From Nitrospirota bacterium (lineage in GTDB: Bacteria > Nitrospirota > Thermodesulfovibrionia > Thermodesulfovibrionales > Dissulfurispiraceae), in NCBI GenBank assembly GCA_963790025.1, contig CAWBMP010000004.1, forward strand, positions 1,568,001 through 1,632,000: DNA of 64,000 nucleotides. The letters run 5' to 3'. Below the pieces are notes generated by a model that did no database searches, was not told the origin of the DNA, and saw only the letters and a program-made list of their open reading frames with translations. Position numbers and translations under genes: made by a program. This document shows, piece by piece, positions 35,116-45,490 of the stretch; within the stretch, counting starts at the first letter, position 1; the number at the start of each line of letters is the position of its first letter.

Positions 35116-37626
35116 ATGACAGTCTTCCCCAACGCTTCGAAATCAACAATAGCGCCGGACGTCTTTTTCAAGCTTCTTGCGTCAGGTGTACTGGTGATTA
35201 CTTTGTTAGTCTTCGTGCTGGCAGGGCTGTCGCTTCGCCGTAGTCGGATCCACCATGAACAGGTGGCTTTTGTTACAGCCCAGAATTTTGCTCAGGTGAT
35301 CGGACAGTCTATCGGCGATCTTATCGACAAGATCGATGTGGTCTTGCTCACGGTAAAAGATGAAGCTGAGAAAGATTTAGCCACCGGCCATATCGAGAAG
35401 CAAAAAATGGATATATTTATCGCCAACCAGCTTGCGCGCATCCCGGAGCTTCAAGATATTCGGATATCCAATAAACAGGGCGAGATTGTCTACGGAATCT
35501 TTGAGAAAGACGGGAGAGGGAGAGGTATAAGCATCATCGACCGCGATTACTTTCTTCGCTTGCAGGGCGATCCGAAATCAGGGCTGGTAATACCCAAACC
35601 TCTGGTTGGGCGTATCAGAGGAAAATGGGCACTTGTCTTCGCCCGGCGTATAAACCTACCGGACGGATCTTTCGCAGGCATACTTTGGGGAGCGATTTCT
35701 CTGGAGACTTTCAGCAAGCTTCTTGCATCTGTCGATATCGGTCCACACGGTGGAATCAGCTTGCGTGATAGGGAAATGGGCATCATTGCACGCCACCCTG
35801 CACCGAAAGATATTGGCAGCATTATCGGCAACAAGACGTTGTCACCCGAATTGCGAAAACTCTTTGAAGCAGGCCAAACATCCGGCACATTTTTTACGCC
35901 GGCCAGTTGGGACAATATCGCCAAAGTGGTCTCTTACCGAAAGATAGCTAACTACCCTCTTTACGTCAACGTGGGCATTGCCACGGAAGACTATCTTGCC
36001 GAATGGCGGGACGAAATTGCAAAAATGTTTATTCTTGTGGCACTGTTTTTCCTGGTTGTGCTCTGTTTGGCATGGTTGCTCTACCGTTACATCACCGAGC
36101 GCAAGCAGGCGGAAGAGGAGTTGCGTCAGCGGACGGAGGAACTGGAAATGCTGATGGAGACAACGCCTGCAACGATCTGGATCGCCCGCGACCCGCTCTG
36201 CCGCGAGATAAGAGGCAACAAAACGGCCTATGAGCTTTTGCGGCTCCCCCCTGGCACTAACGTCTCTAAAAGCGCACCTGAGGGGCAGAAGCCGCTTAAT
36301 TTTGAAGCTTGCAATGAGAATGGGGTGATCCCCTCTGACGACCTGCCAATGCAGCGGTCCGCCCGCACCGGTGAGGCTGTAAAGGGTGCGGAATTCGAAT
36401 TCCGGTTCACAGACGGTCGCTCTGTATGGATATACGGGAATGCCGTGCCGCTGCGCGATGCCAAAGGAGCAGTTCGGGGCTCGGTGGGGGCCTTCGTGGA
36501 CATCACCGAGCGCAAGAAAGCTGAAGAGATTCTCCGAGAGAACGAGTCAAGATTCAGGACTGCTATTGAAAGTATTCCTTTTGATTTCTGGATGATGGGT
36601 AAAGACGGCCGATATATAATGCTAAACTCCACTTGTATAAAAAATTGGGGCTATATTATCGGAAAACGGCCGGAAGAGATTAATATGGACGCTGATGTCC
36701 TGTCGCTATTGCAGGAAAATAACAGGAAAGCCTTTGCCGGTGAAACAGTATATGGTGATGTAATGTTTATCGTCGGGGGTGAAGAAAGGTTCTTCCACAA
36801 CATAATCTCTCCCATTTATGATGATAAAACAATCCAGGGAATTTTAGGGATTAATATTGATATCACCGAGCGCAAGAAGATGGAAGAAGCGCTTAGAAAA
36901 TGGAATGAGGCCTTGGAATTGCGGGTTTTTGAACGGACCTCGGAATTAAAAACGGCACATGACAGGTTGCGTAATCTTGCGTTGCATTTACAGACTATCA
37001 GGGAAGAGGAGAGAACTAAGATGGCCCGCGATATACATGATGAACTTGGTCAGGTACTAACAGCTATGAAGATGGATTTAAGCTGGTTTCGAGACAATTA
37101 CCGGGACCATAAATCACTCTTTAACAGGACTGATGCGATGTTGGACAGACTTAATTCAACTATTCTGTCGGTGAGAAGCATCTGCACTGAGTTGAGACCC
37201 TCCATACTGGATGATTTCGGGCTCGTTGCTGCAATGGAATGGCAGGCGCATGAATTCGAGAAGCGTACAGGGATTGGGTGTATATTCAGTTCACAGCCTA
37301 ATGATATCGAACTGGATAAAGAGCGAAGCACAATACTTTTCAGGATATTCCAGGAAGCGCTGACAAATGTAATGAAACATGCGAAGGCGACAAAAGTGAT
37401 GTCCAGCCTGAAAAAAGATGACGAACGGATAGTGCTGGAAGTTATTGATAATGGTAAAGGCATAATAGAAGAAGAGCTTTCGAAGGCTCAATCCTTTGGC
37501 CTGATAGGTATGCGTGAGCGTGTTTTTCCATGGGGAGGAGAAGTGGAGATTTTAGGTACCGAAGGAGTAGGCACAACGGTAAAAGCATTTTTACCTCTTT
37601 CCCCCTCAGAGCAATCGAAAAACTAA
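35116..37626 (+). CDS. Sensor histidine kinase (periplasmic Cache-like domain, two PAS, HisKA_3)
   Basis: two TM segments, DITERK linkers, ARDIHDELGQ, QEALTNVMKHA, DNGKG, GLIGMRER. Confidence 0.93.
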   Translation: MTVFPNASKSTIAPDVFFKLLASGVLVITLLVFVLAGLSLRRSRIHHEQVAFVTAQNFAQVIGQSIGDLIDKIDVVLLTVKDEAEKDLATGHIEKQKMDIFIANQLARIPELQDIRISNKQGEIVYGIFEKDGRGRGISIIDRDYFLRLQGDPKSGLVIPKPLVGRIRGKWALVFARRINLPDGSFAGILWGAISLETFSKLLASVDIGPHGGISLRDREMGIIARHPAPKDIGSIIGNKTLSPELRKLFEAGQTSGTFFTPASWDNIAKVVSYRKIANYPLYVNVGIATEDYLAEWRDEIAKMFILVALFFLVVLCLAWLLYRYITERKQAEEELRQRTEELEMLMETTPATIWIARDPLCREIRGNKTAYELLRLPPGTNVSKSAPEGQKPLNFEACNENGVIPSDDLPMQRSARTGEAVKGAEFEFRFTDGRSVWIYGNAVPLRDAKGAVRGSVGAFVDITERKKAEEILRENESRFRTAIESIPFDFWMMGKDGRYIMLNSTCIKNWGYIIGKRPEEINMDADVLSLLQENNRKAFAGETVYGDVMFIVGGEERFFHNIISPIYDDKTIQGILGINIDITERKKMEEALRKWNEALELRVFERTSELKTAHDRLRNLALHLQTIREEERTKMARDIHDELGQVLTAMKMDLSWFRDNYRDHKSLFNRTDAMLDRLNSTILSVRSICTELRPSILDDFGLVAAMEWQAHEFEKRTGIGCIFSSQPNDIELDKERSTILFRIFQEALTNVMKHAKATKVMSSLKKDDERIVLEVIDNGKGIIEEELSKAQSFGLIGMRERVFPWGGEVEILGTEGVGTTVKAFLPLSPSEQSKN

Positions 37627-37662
37627 CGTCCGAAGCACGTAATTTTTACGAAACCGGGGATG

Positions 37663-38412
37663 TTACTTAGAATAGTCCGAAACATAGCTGGGAGGCTTCT
37701 GAATAACTTCAAGAGATGAGAGCCAGGAGGTCGAACTCTCCGCTGTGTTGTCAGAGTTATTCATGAAAGAGATACCTGCAGTTTCGGGCGGCACCTTCCC
37801 AAAGGCCTTTTTGTAATCATTTACTATATTTATTTCTTCATCGCGCCATCTTCCGATCTGTTCCTCTCCAGCCTCAAGCACTATGTATCTGAGCTGCTCA
37901 AAACTCGGGCTCGGGATTATCCTGTTTTTGTGTGGTTTGTTTGCCCAGATATAGCAGAGGGCGCTTTCAGGCGGATACCGCCCGTATATCTGTTTCGCAA
38001 GCAAATATTTTACCCTTGTGAAGAAACCGGCTTTTTGGGGATCATATTTGAACATGATAAAGAGGCGTGCAGGAGAGTCGCTCCTTTCCTTCTTCCGGAT
38101 GTCACCCTTCTTGTAAACATTGCTGACCTTCCATCTCCATTTTACAATGGGGTATTGGTAAACGTCGAATTCCTTGTTACAAAGAAGGGCCGAGGCTGAA
38201 CGGTCGCTCTGTGCTTTCAGGCAGGTGATACCGTTATCCACCGTCGCTTCGTAGGTCGTCTCCTTCCTGGTCTTATAAAAGCATAGCGGTTTCCAATCAT
38301 TCAGATTCTCGAAATTCTCCTGGATTATCGCAGTACTGTTCTCAGCCAGGACCATGGGAGTGACCCATGGCGAAATAATGAGAATTGCACATACGCAAAT
38401 TGATTTCCACAT
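37663..38412 (-). CDS. DUF3047 family exported protein
   Basis: signal-like N-terminus, WRWKVSN, DSPAR, LCYIWAN, DYKKAFG, NSDNT. Confidence 0.82.
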   Translation of the reverse strand: MWKSICVCAILIISPWVTPMVLAENSTAIIQENFENLNDWKPLCFYKTRKETTYEATVDNGITCLKAQSDRSASALLCNKEFDVYQYPIVKWRWKVSNVYKKGDIRKKERSDSPARLFIMFKYDPQKAGFFTRVKYLLAKQIYGRYPPESALCYIWANKPHKNRIIPSPSFEQLRYIVLEAGEEQIGRWRDEEINIVNDYKKAFGKVPPETAGISFMNNSDNTAESSTSWLSSLEVIQKPPSYVSDYSK

Positions 38413-38557
38413 AGACCTATGCCCATATTCTACAACATGAAAAAGCAAATGGCCACCCTGCGGTCCATTTTTGCAGTTATGCAAAAGAAACGTCCCCTTT
38501 TGCAATTATGCCAAAGATTGATGGATTAAACCCTTTGAAAATCAACCCATTCATCAT

Positions 38558-38573
38558 TGGCATGAGGAATGCA
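38558..38573 (+). promoter_or_regulatory. Sigma-54 (-24/-12) promoter candidate
   Basis: TGGCATGAGGAATGCA, 50 bp upstream of the 38623 start. Confidence 0.6.
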
Positions 38574-38622
38574 TATATAAAGGTAAGATGCAGACAAGAG
38601 TACAAGAAGGAGGTACAAAGAG

Positions 38623-38949
38623 ATGAAAAAGGGTGAGATGGCAAAAAAGGGATTATATACCGGAGCAGGAGCAGGATTGGTCTTATTTGCACTTATGGGG
38701 TTGCTGCCCGGGTCATTTATAGGCGGCGTCATCGGGATCAACATAGCGGGCAGTATTTTTGGGCTGCCGTTGGAAGCAACGGTGCTGCCGAGGATCATAG
38801 TTGGAGCATCTATGGTAATGGGAGTGATGCTGGCCGGGGTGGTATTTGTTGTGGGCAGTGCATTGATCGGCTGGCTCATAGGTCATGCTGTTGATGTTGT
38901 TAGGGAAGGCAGGACCGTTGTCGTGGAACATACAATTAAAAGCGAATAA
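38623..38949 (+). CDS. Gly-rich small membrane protein (paralog 1)
   Basis: AGGAGG SD; MAKKGLYTGAGAGLVLFALMGLLPGSFIGG. Confidence 0.85.
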   Translation: MKKGEMAKKGLYTGAGAGLVLFALMGLLPGSFIGGVIGINIAGSIFGLPLEATVLPRIIVGASMVMGVMLAGVVFVVGSALIGWLIGHAVDVVREGRTVVVEHTIKSE

Positions 38950-38981
38950 TAAAATACAACACAATAAAGGAGGAAAATAAA

Positions 38982-39329
38982 ATGTCAACCAGCAGCAGGC
39001 ACGGAAGCGAGAATGAGATGGCAAAAAAGGGATTGTATATAGGTACAGGAATGGGACTGATACTGTTTGTCCTGGTGGGACTGCTTCCTGGAATATTTAT
39101 CGGGGGCATGGGCGGATTGAAGATTGGGGAGATACTGTTCGGGGCCGTATCAGCCGGGGCGATAATGCCGAGACTGATTGTTGCCTTTTCCATGATACTG
39201 GGGCTGCTTATGTCGGCGGTTGTTTTTATTGTCGGGTCCGGAGTGCTGGGCTGGACAGTGGGTTTTATAGCAGATGCGGTCAAGACCGGCAAGGTTACGG
39301 TGACAGAGACTGCTGAAAAGAATGCCTGA
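38982..39329 (+). CDS. Gly-rich small membrane protein (paralog 2)
   Basis: AGGAGG SD; MAKKGLYIGTGMGLILFVLVGLLPGIFIGG. Confidence 0.85.
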   Translation: MSTSSRHGSENEMAKKGLYIGTGMGLILFVLVGLLPGIFIGGMGGLKIGEILFGAVSAGAIMPRLIVAFSMILGLLMSAVVFIVGSGVLGWTVGFIADAVKTGKVTVTETAEKNA

Positions 39330-40044
39330 ATGATGCGGGAAGAGGGTATGAATAATTGTACTTTCTTGCTCGACTGCAAAGTCACTGCTGTGCGAGAATA
39401 TACCTCGTTATAGTAGCTGTTTACAGTCGCTTTTTTTTGAATTTCTCCATTTAGCCAAATTAATGATATCGCATCAGTGTCTATAATTACAATGTGCGGA
39501 CACCGATTCCTGACCATTGCTGACAGTTTTTGATTCCTCACGGAAATCAACACCTGGCAGCGATCATTCAAGAGCGAAGGTTTCTTTTTACAATCAACGC
39601 TCGCAGGCCCAAGAGGCAACATTGAAGAAGCAGCGCAAAAACCAGACATTTCTATTTTGGTAAAAACAGGATTAACAGACCTTTCAAAATTTAACTTGAC
39701 ATTCACCCCCATTAGAGATAGAGTTGAATCAGAGGACAGGATTGCAGTGCTTGTCTATGGAATTTAGCCATAGGATCAACTACAGTAAGAGAGCGGGTGT
39801 CTGTTGCGGTGTGCAAGCCCTCAGCAGCGAGAGGGAAGCCTAAAGCATCAGCCGAAGCCTCAAACTAAGAGAAAAAGACTATGGAAAGCCATGGAGAGCA
39901 TTGCAAATAATTATAGTGGAAGAGCTGTGCGGTGTGTTAATCAAGTAAAACGCAAATCACCGTATGGCTCTTTTTATGTTTGTTAAAGCCGTCTCAAGAA
40001 AGGTGAGGTAGTCCCCAATTGAAGGACTACTCCAGCTCGGCATT

Positions 40045-40794
40045 CTAATTATTCCCGATCTGGTTCATTGCTTTATTCAGGACTGTTATCCACTGTCTAT
40101 AACCGCTAGAACTAGGGTGGATGCCATCATCGAGAAAATATTGTTGAATTATCCGGCCGTTAGAATCCGCAAGAACATTCCAAGTGTCCACAAAAATGCA
40201 ATTACTACGCCTTTCGCACAAAGACTTTATAGTGCGATTAGCCTCTGTAATATCTGATTCTTTCATTTTCATCCACCCCCCATTAGTTTTGACAGGCATT
40301 ACTGAACTCCATATCAACGGCCTGTCTTTAGGGAGCGCGTCGAGTATTTTACTATACCTTTCTGGCAAGCCCTGCTGTCGGCCCTGCCATATGTCATTTA
40401 TCCCTATGGCCAAAACAATCGCTCTTGCTCTGTGCAACGACTTGTAATACGGAAGCGCGTCTATCAACTCTGCGGTAATCTCCCCGCCAATTCCATAGTT
40501 GACAGAATAGGGGGCAACCGCAGCCGTAGCCAAGCCCTGCGTAATGCTATCACCAAGGAAGACAACTGATTTCTCGGGGACAAACTCGTCCATCCACTTA
40601 TGGTATGTTAACATCTCTTTATAATGCTGATAATCAGGTGGAAGTGGCCTGGCAGTGTAAGGATTTAAGCCAAACTTGTCCTTAAACTTTGGAATGAAAT
40701 CTGTTTTTACAATCAATATACCAACAAAAAGATGGAGACAAATGATGTAGATAACTACCGGCCAGCGCCATCCCTTGTGCTGTTTGTTAATCAT
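40045..40794 (-). CDS. SGNH/GDSL hydrolase with N-terminal membrane anchor
   Basis: FLGDSIT, GIGG, GIND, DGIHP. Confidence 0.9.
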   Translation of the reverse strand: MINKQHKGWRWPVVIYIICLHLFVGILIVKTDFIPKFKDKFGLNPYTARPLPPDYQHYKEMLTYHKWMDEFVPEKSVVFLGDSITQGLATAAVAPYSVNYGIGGEITAELIDALPYYKSLHRARAIVLAIGINDIWQGRQQGLPERYSKILDALPKDRPLIWSSVMPVKTNGGWMKMKESDITEANRTIKSLCERRSNCIFVDTWNVLADSNGRIIQQYFLDDGIHPSSSGYRQWITVLNKAMNQIGNN

Positions 40795-40827
40795 GATTGT
40801 TGCCTCGCTTCCAAATACAATCTTACC

Positions 40828-40947
40828 TCAAATCCCAAGGAATGTTTCACGGTCAGCGTCATCACTGAAAATTGACTTCTTCTCGTTTCCACGAGAAGTA
40901 ACATGATATACAGCGCCAGGATACTTTATCCGCAACGGTCGAGCCAT
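40828..40947 (-). pseudogene. 5' fragment of a REP-associated tyrosine (Y1, RAYT/IS200-like) transposase
   Basis: MARPLRIKYPGAVYHVTSRGNEKKSIFSDDADRETFL then stop; REP-like AGACCTGACCCC at 40992-41003. Confidence 0.8.
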
Positions 40948-41012
40948 AACAGCCAATTTATCATATTCATCATGAACATGTAAAACATTATAGACCTGAC
41001 CCCATCTCCCCC

Positions 41013-41738
41013 GTTTTCTGAGCCGCGCAGACGTGGTACAAATCACCGGGAAAAGTTACCGGCTCAAAGATAGTGCTTGCAAAAACAAAAATGAAAATGG
41101 TAAATAAAACAGGAAAGAGGTATAAGCAAAGTGGAGAGAGGAAATCTGCCGCAGGTGACTAGTAACGACCAACCAATTTTTGTCTTGCGCTATCGTCGTT
41201 GTGCGATAATATTGCACTGGTTTTTATGTTTGCTTCTGATTCCCGCAATGTTTTATGGCATATTCTTGGATCCGATTAGTAAGCCTATTATTGAGGAGGT
41301 CATTCGCAGAATGGCAAGGGCATTTGTTTTTATCGTTTCTATTGACCTGTTGTTCAATTTATTGTTTTTTAAAGAAGTCAGACTATACTCAGACAGAATC
41401 TCTAAGGTGTGGCATTTGTTTGGATCAAGGGATATCCCACTACGAGATGCAATGTTAAAAGGACGGAACTTTTATGCGAGACCGCGTAGAATCTATGACT
41501 TAAGAAAGAACCCATTTCTAAGATTTCTTAGTGGTATATTTTATAGGGAGGACATGGCAAGTAAAACAGATTATAGAAAAATGACGAGCTTATTAGCAGA
41601 ATTGTCAGGCAGGAGCGTCCAAGAATTTGAACAATCTAAATTTAGTTTTAAAAGACTAATCATGGTAAAAAAATAGAACCTTATATTGGCGGGTTTTAAA
41701 CCGCCCCTACCTGGCTGGTTTTAATCCGACCGCTGACA
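41013..41738 (+). mobile_element. IS21-family right-end relic: istB 3' fragment, passenger gene, terminal repeat
   Basis: RFLSRADVVQITGKSYRLK (IstB C-terminus) at ~41013-41107; end 41687-41738 reads TGTCAGCGGTCGGATTAAAACCAGCCA..GGTTTAAAACCCGCCA on the minus strand. Confidence 0.7.
41131..41676 (+). CDS. Hypothetical 2-TM protein (passenger within the IS21 relic)
   Basis: 181-aa ORF, GAGG SD, two hydrophobic segments. Confidence 0.7.
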   Translation: MERGNLPQVTSNDQPIFVLRYRRCAIILHWFLCLLLIPAMFYGIFLDPISKPIIEEVIRRMARAFVFIVSIDLLFNLLFFKEVRLYSDRISKVWHLFGSRDIPLRDAMLKGRNFYARPRRIYDLRKNPFLRFLSGIFYREDMASKTDYRKMTSLLAELSGRSVQEFEQSKFSFKRLIMVKK

Positions 41739-41745
41739 GTCATTA

Positions 41746-41865
41746 TTTGGCTTCGCTCCAGAGAAGTATTATTCAGGCAAAAGAATTTGCGTTACCGGAA
41801 CTATAAAAAGTTATCGTGGGACACCGGAGATTATAGTGAACGATCCATCTCAGATAAAAGAATGA
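41746..41865 (+). pseudogene. C-terminal OB-fold-like gene fragment truncated by the IS21 end
   Basis: FGFAPEKYYSGKRICVTGTIKSYRGTPEIIVNDPSQIKE*, no start. Confidence 0.55.
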
Positions 41866-41944
41866 GTGCTTAAGAAGCATCACAAAATAAGGAGCATTTG
41901 CTGGCATTTTCTAATTCATAGTGGCACAATGGACCGGGGATAGG

Positions 41945-42646
41945 TCAATCATAAAGTACTTTTTTGATCTGTTCGTAATTACTTTGTGCTATCTCATTCT
42001 CGCGCAGTTTCTGTAGTATCACTTCGCGGCCGAATTTAAATTTACTTCCTTCCTCATCTTGGACATAATTTTGATTCTTGGCCGCCGCATCCAGACAGAC
42101 TAAATCCATCCTTATTTTTTCGGGCTTCCTTAGTCCATATTCCTTTGCCAAGCCAAGTAACTTATCAAAATTAGTTGTTGTAAACCTTTTTTTTGTATCC
42201 CAAGAAGATAAAAGAGATTGACCGAGTTCATAATAATATTCATTTGAAAATTCCATATTTTTTATCAGAGCTTCAACATCACTTTTTTTCATTCTACTGC
42301 TAGTGCGTTCATTATATTCCTTGAGGACACCTTTCAGGTCTGCAATATCGTTTTCGGTTAGCGCCTCGACTTGAGCTTTTGAGAATATTCTAGAAGTTAT
42401 ATCGATTTCATTTGTAGTGAGCTTGGGATAATCAGTTGGTTCAGTCGTTGGTTTACCAGCAAACACGTAGTAGGGCCATACGACCGCTTTAGCTGTAGCG
42501 ACAATCTCTCCAAAAAACACCCATTTTACGACACCATTCTCTCGTGCATAGCGCCAATTATATATAGGAATAAATATTAATGAAGCTATAGCAAAATATA
42601 TTACTAAAAGCCCAATCGCGATTTTACCTAAAGGATTGTTATTCAT
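41945..42646 (-). CDS. Hypothetical membrane-anchored protein
   Basis: 233-aa ORF, AAGGAG SD, N-terminal TM segments. Confidence 0.75.
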   Translation of the reverse strand: MNNNPLGKIAIGLLVIYFAIASLIFIPIYNWRYARENGVVKWVFFGEIVATAKAVVWPYYVFAGKPTTEPTDYPKLTTNEIDITSRIFSKAQVEALTENDIADLKGVLKEYNERTSSRMKKSDVEALIKNMEFSNEYYYELGQSLLSSWDTKKRFTTTNFDKLLGLAKEYGLRKPEKIRMDLVCLDAAAKNQNYVQDEEGSKFKFGREVILQKLRENEIAQSNYEQIKKVLYD

Positions 42647-42680
42647 ATTTATCTCCTTATCTCAAGTTACTGACAGGTTG

Positions 42681-43052
42681 TTATTTTCTACTAAAGAAAT
42701 AAAGAAATACAAATACAGCTATGATCAGTAGATAGCCGCTGCCCTTTGCCCATGAAATATACGGGTCAATATCTGAGTCATCTTTTCCGCGTGTTGGGAA
42801 GTGAAAAAACCACGCACCACATCCAATAATAATCCCCATCCCCAGGATAGGATTTAGAATATCGTTTAATGTGAGCTGTGCAAGTGGAATATCGCCAATG
42901 CTGCGAGGATTAGGATTTACAAAGTTGTAGCCGACATAGCCAAGTGTAGCAATGAAAAGCGCCCTGAAAATCATTCCCCATATGTGCTGAGCTTTTACAA
43001 TGAAACTATCCCAAGAGAATTTTGTCTTTCTTTCCGTTCCGTTCTCAGACAT
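42681..43052 (-). CDS. Hypothetical 3-TM protein
   Basis: 123-aa ORF, three hydrophobic segments. Confidence 0.7.
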   Translation of the reverse strand: MSENGTERKTKFSWDSFIVKAQHIWGMIFRALFIATLGYVGYNFVNPNPRSIGDIPLAQLTLNDILNPILGMGIIIGCGAWFFHFPTRGKDDSDIDPYISWAKGSGYLLIIAVFVFLYFFSRK

Positions 43053-43680
43053 TCTCTTTGCCCCGCTATGGTTATGATGCTAACAGCATACATTCCCGGA
43101 AAAATTATTGCAAGGCTTTTTCTCATAGATACTGGGCAGAGTATTTCATAGATACCCCCGCTCAAAATGACGGTGTAAGAGCCATCCTTGTTTTATCATC
43201 TCCGGAAAAGCATACTTGTGTTAAAATGGCTCATCTGCTTACTATTCCTCGTTCCCTCTCTTATTCATATAGCACTCTCTATTCAAAAGCGCAACAGTTT
43301 AGCAAAGGGCTCCTGCGCCGTGTCCACCGTGATACTAGCATCCCTGTCGTCGGAACGATAGGCGACAATACTTCCATCGTGCAGTCGCTCAATAATAATA
43401 CTGTGGGCGCGGCATCTAGCCTGAAACGTATAGGAGTTATGCGTGTATTCGAGGATTAACCGGAGATTTTCGAGCATCATAGACATGGGGGAATATTATA
43501 TAACCAGGTTTGATTTCCTGTAAAGGTCGCTCTATCAACTGCTCCTCACAGGAACACGCACGGGGCGGCGATAATTCGACACTGAATATTTCTACCGGCA
43601 ATCAGCGTCGGCCGATACCTATCAGCAGTAGCAGTCTCGTGGCAAACATGATAGAATTGATCCCACTGGTCCCGTAAGCA

Positions 43681-44559
43681 TTACAATTTTCCATAGGCGT
43701 GAAGTAGACGTGCTGTGTCCTGACCATCAATTATGAGGAAGTGAGCTTTCTTGCCTGTTACATGGAGGGCAGAAACCTTTCCTTGTACGTCCGTAATAAG
43801 CGCATCTGCTATAGGTCCAACATATTGTACGACGAAAAGGTCCGCTGGCGCTGTGAAGAGACGTATGATCTGGTCACCGTTCTTTCCACAGTCGGCAATC
43901 GTCATCTCCTTTTGTCCAATACCCGGCCCCTTTAGCAGAAAGGCGGTAGCACGTCTGGCGCCAGCAACCACGACGTTTGCAGTGTAAAGGTCATTAATTT
44001 CACCACCCCAGTCTTTCTTGTGGAAAGGAACGCCAAGTATTTCCTCCAAAGCTCGCTGCACTTGGTCTTCAGACAAACGAACGAAGCCATTTTTTAGCAA
44101 TCCAAAAACTAAAGCGGGGTTCACGTCCCTGACTTTCTGAAAGCTATCGATGTCCTCAACATAAAGACGATCTTGAATTGGGAGGTCCGTATACTGCTGT
44201 AGTGAAGTCTTTCTTATTGTCTCTAGCCCGCGAATATAGTGGCCGCATTTACGTAACATGCTATTATATTTGTACTCTGCTATTGTTACTCCCCTTACGG
44301 CTCCAAGGGGAATATCTGGATTACGAAATAAATTTACTTCAAGTTCTGAAGGGAAAATAGACGTCAATTTGGCAATTATTTCTTCCATCCATTGGGAAAT
44401 CAATTCTTCGTACCGTAAGTAATCGATGCTTTCGCTGTAGTCTCCGGTTTGTTGTTTCACTGCATAATCTTTTTCGATTTCTATTTTTAAGGCATATCCG
44501 CGGTTAATTAATGTAACAATGTCTTCATTTGCCGACACCATTGGCATTTTGAGTCTCAC
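43681..44559 (-). CDS. Hypothetical protein with C-terminal PD-(D/E)xK nuclease-like domain
   Basis: SEDQVQ..KDWGGEINDLYT..AFLLKGPG..GKNGDQI..LIIDG; AAGGAG SD before GTG. Confidence 0.55.
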   Translation of the reverse strand: MRLKMPMVSANEDIVTLINRGYALKIEIEKDYAVKQQTGDYSESIDYLRYEELISQWMEEIIAKLTSIFPSELEVNLFRNPDIPLGAVRGVTIAEYKYNSMLRKCGHYIRGLETIRKTSLQQYTDLPIQDRLYVEDIDSFQKVRDVNPALVFGLLKNGFVRLSEDQVQRALEEILGVPFHKKDWGGEINDLYTANVVVAGARRATAFLLKGPGIGQKEMTIADCGKNGDQIIRLFTAPADLFVVQYVGPIADALITDVQGKVSALHVTGKKAHFLIIDGQDTARLLHAYGKL

Positions 44560-44969
44560 GCTTACTCTCCTTCATAAGGCTATGGATTAGCGCCTAAATG
44601 GGTATTCACAATAAGTATAACCCCTAATCAGCAGAATTTTCTTCCACCTTTTTGAGTACTCGTAGGTTAAGGCTTCTGCCGAAGAGTCCGCTTCGTTTAG
44701 AAAACTTCTATATGCTATGCACAAGTTGATTTTCTCACTTACGAATGGAAAGTCGCGGAGAGCAGTTTCCAAGAAGAGTCGCTCTCTAATAGCCCCAAGT
44801 CCTCACAGGAACAAACGCCTCAAAGCGTCTCTAGGATTCTGCGGAGTACAACAGATAATTGCTTGAGAAGCGACCACGATCCTTACATGCTGTAAAGATA
44901 TTCCTTAATCTGAGAAGTGTCCCTGAGTTTCTCTCTTTATGGACAAGCCGCCAACATAGCACTCTTGCT

Positions 44970-45467
44970 TCAGTACCATAAAACAACGGCGGCGATTGCA
45001 GTTGCTATTTTCTTAACCTCATGTTCAACTGAAACGCTCATGATAGAGGCAACAGCTTCACGGCGCATCTTCATGGCCTCCTGAGCCATCCGTTGTGTGA
45101 TGCGTTCAATATCCTGTTTCCTTCCTCGTGAGGAATATTCCATGATGACTCCTGGTTTGCTCTTATCTTGTGGCAAAGCAACAGCTACGGCTGCAGAAAT
45201 AAATTCATGTTCTAAGTCGGATGTAATCGCAGCATAGGCTACAGGTACCAATGCGCCATAGGGCAATCTAATAGGTTTGACCTCACAGCAATTGGGCGGG
45301 ATTATACTGCTTATTTTGACAAGGTTTGAATTACCAATCCCTGCATTTAATAAGGCTCCATCGAAAGAATTGAGTTCCGTGTAACCTTCAGCGCTACCAA
45401 CTACCATAAAGAATTTGTTTGGTGTTCCATAAATGACTCCTTCAAGAGAATTGCCTATTTTTTTCAT
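44970..45467 (-). CDS. Pyruvoyl-dependent arginine decarboxylase
   Basis: LNSFDGALLNAGIGNSNLVKISSIIPP (Ser-Ser autocleavage site), GVIMEY. Confidence 0.9.
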   Translation of the reverse strand: MKKIGNSLEGVIYGTPNKFFMVVGSAEGYTELNSFDGALLNAGIGNSNLVKISSIIPPNCCEVKPIRLPYGALVPVAYAAITSDLEHEFISAAVAVALPQDKSKPGVIMEYSSRGRKQDIERITQRMAQEAMKMRREAVASIMSVSVEHEVKKIATAIAAVVLWY

Positions 45468-45490
45468 GAAGTCACCTAATCAAATAACCT

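Noticed and set aside
38936..39712. 258-aa minus-strand ORF
   Set aside because: Antisense to the Gly-rich paralog, which has a strong SD; no motifs.
43022..43486. Overlapping short ORFs on both strands
   Set aside because: No recognisable motifs; cannot decide whether either is real.
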